From NCBI GenBank assembly GCA_964016885.1, contig OZ024740.1:377208001-377272000 (forward strand): a stretch of 64,000 nt of DNA, written 5' to 3'. This document shows, in pieces, positions 25,883-37,516 of this stretch (positions are counted from its first letter, which is position 1; each line of letters begins with the position of its first letter). Under the pieces are notes generated by a model that saw nothing but the letters and a program-made list of their open reading frames with translations, ran no database searches and was not told the DNA's origin. Position numbers and translations under genes: made by a program. Origin of the DNA: Eledone cirrhosa (lineage: Eukaryota).

Positions 25883-27257
25883 TCACCGATGAAATACCGA
25901 TGCTTTTCGGACGAAGTTCATTACATTATTTGTTCTACACCGCCGAAGTACAAACCTTTTTTTGTCAACCACACCATCAGAAATGGAGTGTGCCAATGTT
26001 TAGACAATTGGGAGTCAGTAGGTAACGACAGTTATTGCTCAAAATGTCCGATATAACTTTAATAAAAAAAAAAAGCATCTATAAATGATAAATAGCTAGA
26101 TAAATAACCAATAGCTATGTAATGATCGATTGCTTTTTCACAGCAGGAAAATATACTTTATCATGTATTAAAACTTTTTCGTCGTTTCAGGTGGGAAGTA
26201 GTGCGTGTAAGACTATAAAAACAACTTTGGTCTTAGCATTGAATACTGTGTTTCTCAGCTTGAATTTTCTTTCCTTTATTCCTTCCATTTTCTTCATTCT
26301 CGTCAGTATTAGCAGGACGTTTTTGTTGTACCATTTTTATTTAGTTATAATAGTTTATTTTTATTTTATTTTTTACATTGCGGGTACTGTTTGTTGTGGA
26401 TATTTTTGCCTTCTTGGCGAGAAAAGGCATTTATTCTGTATTTTGTTCTCCTTTAGCACAGTTATTGTTTTGTGTACCTGCCACTCGTAGGTGGGTTAAT
26501 CATGTGTTAACAGCTGCAGAAGCTGGTAGTTTGGGTTATGATAGTAGTGTTGGTAGGCATATTAATGGTAATGTTAATGACAGATACTGCAAAATACCAT
26601 GCACAGGTGGATGCTACGTTTAGAAATCATTCAGTATTTTTGCCTGTAAACAGATAATACATTTCATGTACTAATGTCACTGTTGAACGTTAATGATATA
26701 TAAGACTACATTATAGAAGTTGTTTCCACCAGCCATATATGTACAGAGATACTTTATTTATCTAGGCTACTTATATGTGTTACGAAATTCGCTTTGTAAG
26801 CACGTGATTTCGGTTTCACTCAGGTTGCATGGCACCCCGAGGAAGTGTCTTCTGTTACTTCCATTGGCGCTATGCTGTGACAGTTAAGCATGGTTTTAAA
26901 AGTAGACGAATATAGCATGCAGTAAATATTAAGCAAGTGATTTGCGCAACTAATGAGAAATATATGAGTATAAGCATTAGAGGTGATATTGCACCATATC
27001 TAAGCATATTATTAAAGAAAAAGGTGCGCTAGTTTGAAGAAATTGTGCATATTTAGATCAATACACTAAAATGATGAGTACACAGAAACATTCTATATTA
27101 CTGTTATTCATTAAAATAATTTTTACCCTCACCGAATTTTAGTGGTAGAACGCTAAAATCCATTTTCACTATATCGTGCACGTGCTGATTTTTAAACACA
27201 GTTGCGTTTAAACAACAGCCGGATTAACAACCTTGGTTTCGCGTTTTATATATATAT

Positions 27258-27774
27258 ATGAATGTATGTATAGTATATTTGATAATATACTGTATGTTTA
27301 TTTAAAAACATTTTGAAGACCATTCGCTATGAGTTTTAAAGTAGTGATTATGTCACTTACTTTGTCTCGGTAAAAACAAAGGGAAGCAACCGACAGCTGT
27401 TTCTCGTTTGTAAACGGTTATCAAGATTGCTTATCCCCTCGCTTCTGCCGAGACTTATCGAAGCTGGATTCTTATAGAATTCCAGTGATGTTTAAGAGCT
27501 GATTAAGCAGAGCAGTTGCCGGTCCAGCAAAAATTAGAAATTAGTATCAGTGCTCTGAAATAGCGATGTATGAATGAATGAATGTATAGTATATTTGATA
27601 ATATACTGTATGTTTATTTACCTTTGTTTTTGCCGAGACAAAGTAAGTGACATAGTCACTACTTTAAAACTCATAGCAAATGGTCTTCAAAATGTTTTTA
27701 AATAAACATACAGTATATTATCAAATATACTATACATACATTCATACATACATCGCTATTTCAGAGCACTGATA

Positions 27775-27779
<5 letters not shown>
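27258..27779. mobile_element. (TA)n-flanked structured repeat (family E1): about 316-bp unit with terminal redundancy plus inverted pieces
   Basis: tagtatatttgataatatac at 27271 and 27587. 27621-27779 is inverted. Homologous to the 312-bp array at 37512. Confidence 0.75.
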
Positions 27780-27837
<58 letters not shown>

Positions 27838-28568
27838 AAATATGATAATAATGGAGCTGCGGCGCTGCAAATGGGTTACATATGAAAAAGTTTGTCCTCA
27901 TCAGTGGCCTTCCAACCGTCGTAGGCATTTCGTCGCATTAAAGGCCATATACCTCAGCTTGGTGCGAGCAACGGCTAAAAAAAGTCGTTGGGACACGTAA
28001 ATAAGGGGGACGCTAGGGTAAACAAACAAAATGGTTTAAGCAACAGAAAGTGATGAAGAAGAAACAAGTCCCAGATTTCTATGAATATAAATTCGGTGGA
28101 ATCGTGAACGAGAGAATAAAGACCATCAAACCTGGTTGAAATGTGAGCAAGGAAGGAATTTCGCACAGGTCTAACGGGAGGAAGAAGGGGTCTGGTCTGC
28201 GAATTCGGTAAACATAAGTTCTGTGAAGTCGCAGACGAGAGAGAGAGAGAGAAAAAAAATTCATACCGGCTTGACCAAGTGCCCGCGAGAAAAGGATTAC
28301 GGACAGGTCAAACGGGAAGAAAGGGGAGGAGGAGAGGTAGTGACAGAGAGTGAGTGAGTGAAAGGTGAGGAAGAGGCTAACAGAGAGAGAGAGACTGCTA
28401 GAAAGGGTAAAGACACAAAGAACGAAACAGACTGGTGGCAGCGGAGGAAAAAATATATGTGTAAATATGATAATAATGGAGCTGCGGCGCTGCAAATGGG
28501 TTACATATGAAAAAGTTTCACCAGTCTGTTTCGTTCTTTGTGTCTTTACCCTTTCTAGCAGTCTCTCT
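27838..28568. repeat. About 625-bp unit with 55-bp terminal direct repeat and 50-bp inverted tail
   Basis: aaatatgataataatggagctgcggcgctgcaaatgggttacatatgaaaaagttt at about 27838 and 28463. 28519-28568 is inverted relative to about 28390-28437. Confidence 0.7.
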
Positions 28569-28569
28569 G

Positions 28570-29210
28570 TGGAGGAGCTGAAAGTGAACTTGACTGAAAA
28601 TTACCAAAATCACAATTGGCTGTGCGAAAGAACAATAATGGCTCCAAAAAACACGCCGTTAATAAACTCAAAGAACAGTTAATGCTGTCTCTTCTAGGAA
28701 ATCTTCACATTTACAAGTTTGTCGACGCAATCCCGGATCAAAATGAAGTGGTGAACTATCTCCAGAATTTTTCAATTCATTGGAGCCCCCCGGACTACCT
28801 CCCAAAGTATTAGGACTTAAAGTTGGAACTCCTGTAATGCTGCTTAGGAATCTAGATCCGCCAAGACTATGCAATGGGACACGACTGGTGGTAAAGAAAA
28901 TGATGTCACATGTTATCGAGGCAACAATTCTTTCTGGATGTGGAAAAGGTGATGATGTCTTCATTCGAAGAACCCCTCTCCTTCTATCAGGAGCAGAAAT
29001 TCTCTTTTCATTCAGACGTCTGCAATTTCCAATTCGTGTCAGCATTGCAATATCCATTAACAAATCCCAAGGACTGTGGCCGGACTCCTCTTGGAAGAGA
29101 CATGTTTCTCACAATTATATGTTGGGTGTTCCCGAGTGGGAAGCAGAGGAAACCTTTTCGCATTTGCACGACGCGGAAAAACAAAGGACATTGTTTACAA
29201 CGAGGTGTTA
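28570..29210 (+). pseudogene. Helitron Pif1-like helicase C-terminal fragment
   Basis: [36 protein letters not shown]...[21 protein letters not shown], frameshifted. Confidence 0.85.
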
Positions 29211-29470
29211 TAATCAAAAATACGAGGAGGAAGGTAAGTATATACCTTTTATTGCACAGCCCTGATTATTTCTTATTTCCCTTGCTAACCAAAATCAGTT
29301 TCTTTTGTCTTACGTAAAAGCTGTCAAAGAAGAGATGCTCCAATGGTACGACCAAGTCATTCTCAAATGCGATACTACAAAATGTTTTCTGTTACTACTG
29401 ATTCGTTGTTATCTGACGTAATAAATAAAATAGATGACTCGATGGCTACAGGCTTATTCAATCCTAGCAC

Positions 29471-29670
29471 NNNNNNNNNNNNNNNNNNNNNNNNNNNNNN
29501 NNNNNNNNNNNNNNNNNNNNNNNNNNNNNNNNNNNNNNNNNNNNNNNNNNNNNNNNNNNNNNNNNNNNNNNNNNNNNNNNNNNNNNNNNNNNNNNNNNNN
29601 NNNNNNNNNNNNNNNNNNNNNNNNNNNNNNNNNNNNNNNNNNNNNNNNNNNNNNNNNNNNNNNNNNNNNN
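29471..29670. other. Assembly gap (200 N)
   Basis: Run of n. Confidence 1.
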
Positions 29671-29731
29671 ACTTCATTCTGGCTAAATTTTCTTTTGCAA
29701 TATAAATACAGATGTGTTGGTATTTGTGTTT

Positions 29732-30050
<319 letters not shown>

Positions 30051-30061
30051 AATATATATAT

Positions 30062-30116
<55 letters not shown>

Positions 30117-30145
30117 TATATATAATATATATATATATAATATAT

Positions 30146-30179
<34 letters not shown>

Positions 30180-30379
30180 ATATGTATCCTGATTCTCTTT
30201 TGAGATGAGTTTGAATTATTTTTCCTAAATCTTACGCTAACTACTTTTCCCATCTTGACGTTATAGTCACATATATGTTATAGAATACTATTAGCTTCTC
30301 GCTAAAACAATCTCTATACCTCTCATTTATATATATAATATATATATATATAAAATATATATATATATATATATATATA

Positions 30380-30500
30380 TAATTGTTTCTACGTTAGGCA
30401 CAAGGCCAGCAATTATCCCAGTGTATTACTGGTACTTTATTTTATCGACCCCGTAAGGATGAAAGGCAAAGTTAACCTCGGCGGAATTTGAACTCAGAAT
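30380..30500 (-). mobile_element. Truncated Nin/Deu-domain SINE
   Basis: Reverse complement of the SINE body, B-box onward. Confidence 0.7.
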
Positions 30501-30502
30501 GG

Positions 30503-30559
<57 letters not shown>

Positions 30560-31211
30560 GGCGATATCCAATTTTAGCGGCCTAAATGCCGCTTACTTGC
30601 TGTAGTTGCTGCTTACTTCAATGTATGAGGCTATTCCAACAAATTTACATTCCCCTTTTTTTAGCCGTTAAAAGAAATATAGATTTATTTATTGTTTTTT
30701 TTTTTGCCATTTATTTGCCACTGGGGCATAGATTTCTTTATTTCCCCCTTTTTTGTTTGTTTGCTTGTTGTTTTTTTTTGCGATTTATTAGCCTTTTGGG
30801 GTCACACACACCCCAGTAGAAAGTGTGCGACCTTTCTGCCAGGGAACACAGAGAGAGGGGGGTGCTCCCTTCTTCTCTTACCTGTACAAGCCGATATAGA
30901 GAGATGGCCCACTTACACGGGCCATTATTGCTACTTTCACCCATCTTTCATGGAATTGGCTGGGACTGAGTGCGTTTTTCTCCACCTTGATCCTTCTTTC
31001 GAAGTGGTATCGGAAGAAGAGGACCATTTGTTGGCCGGCGACATATCCCCACAGCTTCCTCGTTGCAAACGCATCTGGGACATTTCTTTTCCAAGGGGTT
31101 TCCGTCCCGGAATCTGTGTCTGTAGAGCCTTTCCCGAACGGGCAGGGCCCCTCGGTATAATAGTAAGTATTAGTGGTTGTAATAAAAATGCAATAAAAAT
31201 GTAATAAATAC

Positions 31212-31347
31212 CTTCACTGATTTCTTTCCTTATATTATCAACAGAAGTTGGTATGTCACCCAAAGTTCGCTTTGTATGTTCCCGAATAGCAGTGAATTTT
31301 GATAAAACTGTTTCTAATTCCTTCTCCACAGTAAGACAAATATCCAT
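31212..31347 (-). pseudogene. RMND5: RMND5/GID2-like first coding exon copy
   Basis: MDICLTVEKELETVLSKF resembles the recalled RMND5A N-terminus MDQCVTVERELEKVLHKF. 136 nt ending at a phase-1 gaag|gtattt donor. Confidence 0.65.
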
Positions 31348-31514
31348 GTGTAGTCCAAAAAGATAAATCTTTAAAAAAATTATAATAATTCTTTATTATT
31401 ATTATTTCTGTAAATAATTATTTTTCTATATATCTCAAACCTTGCCAAACACCACATCTGTCCATCTGTAAATTTAAATGACTGTTCTTTCATACTTATC
31501 CTCTTCAACTACAC

Positions 31515-31650
31515 ATGGATATTTGTCTTACTGTGGAGAAGGAATTAGAAACAGTTTTATCAAAATTCACTGCTATTCGGGAACATACAAAGCGAACTTT
31601 GGGTGACATACCAACTTCTGTTGATAATATAAGGAAAGAAATCAGTGAAG
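31515..31650 (+). pseudogene. RMND5: RMND5/GID2-like first coding exon copy
   Basis: Inverted twin of 31212-31347 with the same protein and donor site. No downstream exons recognised. Confidence 0.65.
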
Positions 31651-32303
31651 GTATTTATTACATTTTGATTGCATTTTTATTACAACCACTAATACTTACT
31701 ATTATACCGAGGAGCCCTGCCCGTTCGGGAAAGGCTCTACAGACACGGATTCCGGGACGGAAACCCCTTGGAAAAGAAATGTCCCAGATGTGTTTGCAAC
31801 GAGGAAACTGTGGGGATATGTCGCCGGCCAACAAATGGTCCTCTTCTTCCGATACCACTTCGAAAGAAGGATCAAGGTGGAGAAAAACGCACTCAGTCCC
31901 AGCCAATTCCATGAAAGATGGGTGAAAGTAGCAATAATGGCCCGTGTAAGTGGGCCATCTCTCTATATCGGCTTGTACAGGTAAGAGAAGAAGGGAGCAC
32001 CCCCCCCCCCTCTCTGTGCTCCCTGGCAGAAAGGTCGCACACTTTCTACGGGGGTGTGTGTGACCCCAAAAGGCTAATAAATCGCAAAAAAAACAAACAA
32101 ACAAACAAAAAAGGGGCAAATAAAGAAATCTATGCCCCAGTGGCAAATAAATGGCAAAAAAAAAAACAATAAATAAATCTATATTTCTTTTAACGGCTAA
32201 AAAAAGGGGAATGTAAATTTGTTGGAATAGCCTCATACATTGAAGTAAGCAGCAACTACAGCAAGTAAGCGGCATTTAGGCCGCTAAAATTGGATATCGC
32301 CTA

Positions 32304-32334
<31 letters not shown>

Positions 32335-33662
32335 GCGAGAGAGAGCGATAGTCACATATAAACCACCCCCATATATATAATCTATCTATCTGTTAGACAG
32401 ATAGCCACATACATACGCACGCACACATGCATATACACACATGATTTGATAATTATCGCAAACACACACACAGTCAGTACGAGAGGGAAACGGAGAAAGC
32501 ATGTAAAATATAGAGTGGGGTAAAAGAGAGACGAATTGACAGACGAACAATGACAGAGAAACAGAGTGGGAGAGAGAAGAAAACAAAAAGTAAAATTATA
32601 TAGTAGGTGGAGAAAAGGCGTGAAAGCGTTTGTCTGTGTGAGTGAGAGAAAGGCAGAGAGGGAGAAATAAAGTAAAGAATGTGTATGTGTGTGAGAAAAG
32701 AAGACATGTGAATGTAAACATAGGAGAATGTATTCTGTCTGTTTTCGTGCAAGCAAAGCAACAGAACTGATGAACATCCCGCATGTTAATCGAGGATGAA
32801 TACGACTGACGCCAACAACAAATCATTATCAAAACAATATTACGTTGACAATATTTCAAAGAATGAAGTTTTATCGGAGATAAATTTTACGCGAAATCCA
32901 TGTGATGGCATCTTCCTGGCAACCGAACACAATGCAGGTGAGTCAGATGGTTATTTACTCTTTAATTCGAATTTAGCACTTTACAAACTGTTTTGAATAT
33001 ATATACTTTTTTTCTTTTACACTTCTTCGTGATAAAATAACAATATCATCGCGACCACACAAGTTCAATATGCGTGTGTATATGTGTGCATTGATCATAT
33101 AATATAGTACTATATATGTGTGTGTGTATATATATGTGTGTGCGTTTGTGTGTGTATAAACACAACTTTTTGGATCACTGCTGCAGGTTTTGATTTTGAT
33201 TAGCATTTTGATATTTTTAATATATCTCAATATAAGTACATCTGGGTGTATTTATCAATGATGGATTTATGTATACAGTTTACATGTATAGAAGTTTATG
33301 TATTTATTTTGGTTCGAGATATCAATCTGTTGTCTCACATTATTGCTCACCGATCAATCATACAAAAGAAAGTTGTTTACAGATATTACGGAATCTATAT
33401 AGAAAACTGTATGATGAACAAAAGGAGCTGCACAAAATACTTAAAAGAAATATTTAAATATTATTTTCTCCCTCGTTTCTTATATATATATATATATATA
33501 TTGTTATACTTTGGGAGGGTCATGTTGCCAATAAGAAACACACGCACCATGCTTTCCTTCAATTTATTATATATTTATAAATTTATAAATTTACAATACC
33601 CTCCCAAAGTAGGTTTCAACACACGATTTCAGATAAAGAATCTTGCTAAACAAATTCAGAAA

Positions 33663-33758
<96 letters not shown>

Positions 33759-33829
33759 ATATATATACAAGGTGTCCCCCAAAAATGTATACACACTTCA
33801 ACAGCATTCTAATCAAAGAGTATACACCC

Positions 33830-33900
<71 letters not shown>

Positions 33901-34024
33901 ATATAAAAATACTAGGAAATAATAGACAAAAATATACCTATTTCTTCTTCAAAGTCCCGACTGCATATACCTATGTATCTGTGTATGTATATCATTACTA
34001 TATATATATGTGTGTGTATATCAT

Positions 34025-34136
<112 letters not shown>

Positions 34137-34199
34137 AGGTATAGAGAAAAAACCCACTAGGCATGAAGTAGAGATTAGATGAGAAAAATTTAATTAGAG

Positions 34200-34230
<31 letters not shown>

Positions 34231-34361
34231 CCTTTTCTAAAATCAGTGACCTATGTAAACAACTCTTATATGACATATGTGAGGCGAAACTTTAAATCGC
34301 AACTATGTTATATCAAATTTCAATATTTATATGTCGTGGGTGTATAAAGTATATTAAATCC

Positions 34362-34690
34362 AGGCATGCCTGTGTGGATAAGGAATTCGGTTTACAACCA
34401 CGTGTTTTGGGGTTCAGTCTCATTGCGTGGCACCTAAAACAAGTGTTTTCTACAACTAATGCCTTGTAACTGAAATATAGATGGAAACACTGTAGAAGCT
34501 CCTCGTGTGCATATATATCTGTATATCTGTGTGTGTTCACATTTACTATATGTTTATGTTCAATAATTTAGTAGTTCAACGAAAAAAGACCAATAAAATA
34601 AGTACCACACTTGAAACCTAAAGTACTAAGAACGGATCAATATGATCAACTGCAGCCATGTACTATCCCACATGGCTGCAGTCAAATGAG
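34362..34690 (+). mobile_element. Diverged tRNA-derived SINE
   Basis: Degenerate A/B boxes (tgtgtggataag, gggttcagtctc), aaaataagtacca domain and a catggctgcagtc tail. Confidence 0.5.
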
Positions 34691-34771
34691 TACACTACAC
34701 CTTGGATAAGCGTACTCTACTATACCCTCGAATCTTGTGGATAACATTTAGTAGTGTTGGTGTATGTAATG

Positions 34772-34812
<41 letters not shown>

Positions 34813-34816
34813 ATGC

Positions 34817-34873
<57 letters not shown>

Positions 34874-35113
34874 AGTATGCATGTATACGTACATACATAT
34901 ATGTATACAGACGTACAGTAGCATGCACATATATATATATATATATACATATATATACATACATATGCATACAGGTACACATACATATATGCACGTATCA
35001 GTTTAGCGGCGCTAACGTCGCTTTGTTCGTTTGTAAACAAACTGAACAGCCTGAATTTATGCCATACGGTGTTAAGGCAACCACGTCACCTTTTTGTTCA
35101 ACACTGACACAGG

Positions 35114-35158
35114 AACGATGTACTAGTTTCAAGCTTGTTAGCTATCATCAGCACCGTT
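35114..35158 (-). ncRNA. Type I hammerhead ribozyme
   Basis: aacggtg CTGATGA tagct-aaca-agctt GAAA ctag TA catcgtt. Confidence 0.88.
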
Positions 35159-35578
35159 TACCCATCTGCCAGATAGTTGAACGTTCGAAAGTATATACTT
35201 TCCTTATGAAAATTAACGGCTGAGCAGCCTAATTTGCATATTGAGTGAGTTAAATCGGTCAGGCATACCGAAAACGATAATTTGAAACAAAATGAAAACG
35301 AAATTTCATTTCTCACTCTTAGTATGGCACTTACTTAAATGTAAGTATGCATGTATACGTACATACATATATGTATACAGACGTACAGTAGCATGCACAT
35401 ATATATATATATACATATATATACATACATATGCATACAGGTACACATACATATATGCACGTATCAGTTTAGCGGCGCTAACGTCGCTTTGTTCGTTTGT
35501 AAAAAACTGAACAGCCTGAATTTATGCCATACGGTGTTAAGGCAACCACGGCACTTTTTTGTTCAACACTGACACAGG

Positions 35579-35623
35579 AACGATGTACTAGTTTCAAGCT
35601 TGTTAGTTATCATCAGCACCGTT
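35579..35623 (-). ncRNA. Type I hammerhead ribozyme (tandem copy, one stem II change)
   Basis: Same motif, with stem II taact/agctt. Confidence 0.8.
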
Positions 35624-36126
35624 TACCCATCTGCCAGATAGTTGAACGTTCGAAAGTATATACTTTCCTTATGAAAATTAACGGCTGAGCAGCCTAATTT
35701 GCATATTGAGTGAGTTAAATCGGTCAGGCATACCGAAAACGATAAATTGAAACAAAATGAAAACGAAATTTCATTTCTCACTCTTAGTATGGCACTTACT
35801 TAAATGTAAGTATGCATGTATACGTGCATACATATATGTATACAGACGTACAGTAGCATGCACACATATATATATATATACATATATATACATACATATG
35901 CATATATGTATACATATATGTATGTACGTATACATGCATACTTACATTTAAGTAAGTGCCATACTAAGAGTGAGAAATGAAATTTCGTTTTCATTTTGTT
36001 TCAATTTATCGTTTTCGGTATGCCTGACCGATTTAACTCACTCAATATGCAAATTAGGCTGCTCAGCCGTTAATTTTCATAAGAAAGTATATACTTTCGA
36101 ACGTTCAACTATCTGGCAGATGGGTA

Positions 36127-36171
36127 AACGGTGCTGATGATAGCTAACAAGCTTGAAACTAGTACATCGTT
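36127..36171 (+). ncRNA. Type I hammerhead ribozyme (inverted copy)
   Basis: aacggtg CTGATGA tagctaacaagctt GAAA ctag TA catcgtt. Confidence 0.88.
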
Positions 36172-36688
36172 CCTGTGTCAGTGTTGAACAAAAAGGTGAC
36201 GTGGTTGCCTTAACACCGTATGGCATAAATTCAGGCTGTTCAGTTTGTTTACAAACGAACAAAGCGACGTTAGCGCCGCTAAACTGATACGTGCATATAT
36301 GTATGTGTACCTGTATGCATATGTATGTATATATATGTATATATATATATATATGTGCATGCTACTGTACGTCTGTATACATATATGTATGTACGTATAC
36401 ATGCATACTTACATTTAAGTAAGTGCCATACTAAGAGTGAGAAATGAAATTTCGTTTTCATTTTGTTTCAATTTATATATATATGTATATATGAAAAATT
36501 CGGGTCTCCCACGGTTGAGCTCCGGCCGTTTTAACAGCTTGACAAGAGCTCAGCCGTCGGGGTTCCGAATGTTTCATATTACCCTCTCTACTATCCCGAG
36601 TATCGAGTACTCTGGTGAGTAATGGTCTAACTGCTTTTTACCACCCCCATTCTGTATATATATATGTATATATACATGTATATATATT

Positions 36689-36747
<59 letters not shown>

Positions 36748-36870
36748 ATATATATACATGTACTGGTATATATATATATATATATAAATGTATATATAAA
36801 TGTATATATAAATATACATTTATATATATATATACATATACATGTATATATACATGTATATATATATATA

Positions 36871-37476
36871 TGGTGGCTGCCAACTCGTTTTCGAGTACGG
36901 CCACTACCTTACATCCATGTAGGAGAACCCCTACCGATGCGCTGAACAAGTGTGACTTTTTAGTCCAGCCAGCGACTTGAAAACTCTGGTACAAACACTA
37001 CACTTGTGACAAATATTGACACATAGTGCTGGGCCCATGATACCATGTGATGACAAGTGCAGAGAGATCTCCAGATATAAAGCAATGCCTGTGCCGTGAA
37101 GCTTTTATAGTGAGCAAAGGCACTGCACAAAGCCAGTCCCACTCTCTTAACCAAGATGATATTTACCAAAAAGAAGAACAAGTCAACATCATTGGATACC
37201 ATCAGAGTTGCAGGTGTTATATCAGAGTTTTCCTTCTCCTAGAATTCTGCCTTGACAAAGGCTAAGGGGTCATCTCTCCCAGTGATTTTGGATGGCCATT
37301 GAGTCTTAAGAGCTCCTTTGCCCTTTGACAGGTTTTGTTTTTAGTCCTGCAGGATATCCAAAGTCACCCTCCTCACCAAGAAACCTTGGTGGGGTTGCCA
37401 GTTTAGTCGCCAACGACCCGACCATGGGACAGGTTGTACTGGGATACATATTACCAGTACCACCAAATGGTGACCT

Positions 37477-37480
<4 letters not shown>
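36871..37480 (-). mobile_element. RTE-derived bipartite non-autonomous element (about 610 bp)
   Basis: Close copy of 48268-48874. The 5' part resembles the RTE 5' UTR. The 3' end gtactcgaaaacgagttggcagccacca resembles the RTE end atactcgataacgagggggcagccatca. Confidence 0.8.

Positions 37481-37511
<31 letters not shown>

Positions 37512-37516
<5 letters not shown>

Larger units (their letters stand above)
30559..32301. mobile_element. (TA)n-flanked foldback with about 795-bp inverted arms carrying a host exon
   Basis: 30559-31354 is the reverse complement of 31508-32301 with a few substitutions. The spacer is about 150 bp. Confidence 0.9.
34869..36472. mobile_element. Retrozyme-like array (family F): about 2.2 tandem 465-bp units plus 1.2 inverted units
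   Basis: Direct repeats offset by 465 bp (35114 vs 35579). Inversion centred near 35900. (TA)n flanks. Confidence 0.9.

Noticed and set aside
32760-32800. CTGATGA followed by acat/atgt hairpin
   Set aside because: Followed by TAAT rather than GAAA, and no stem I or III.
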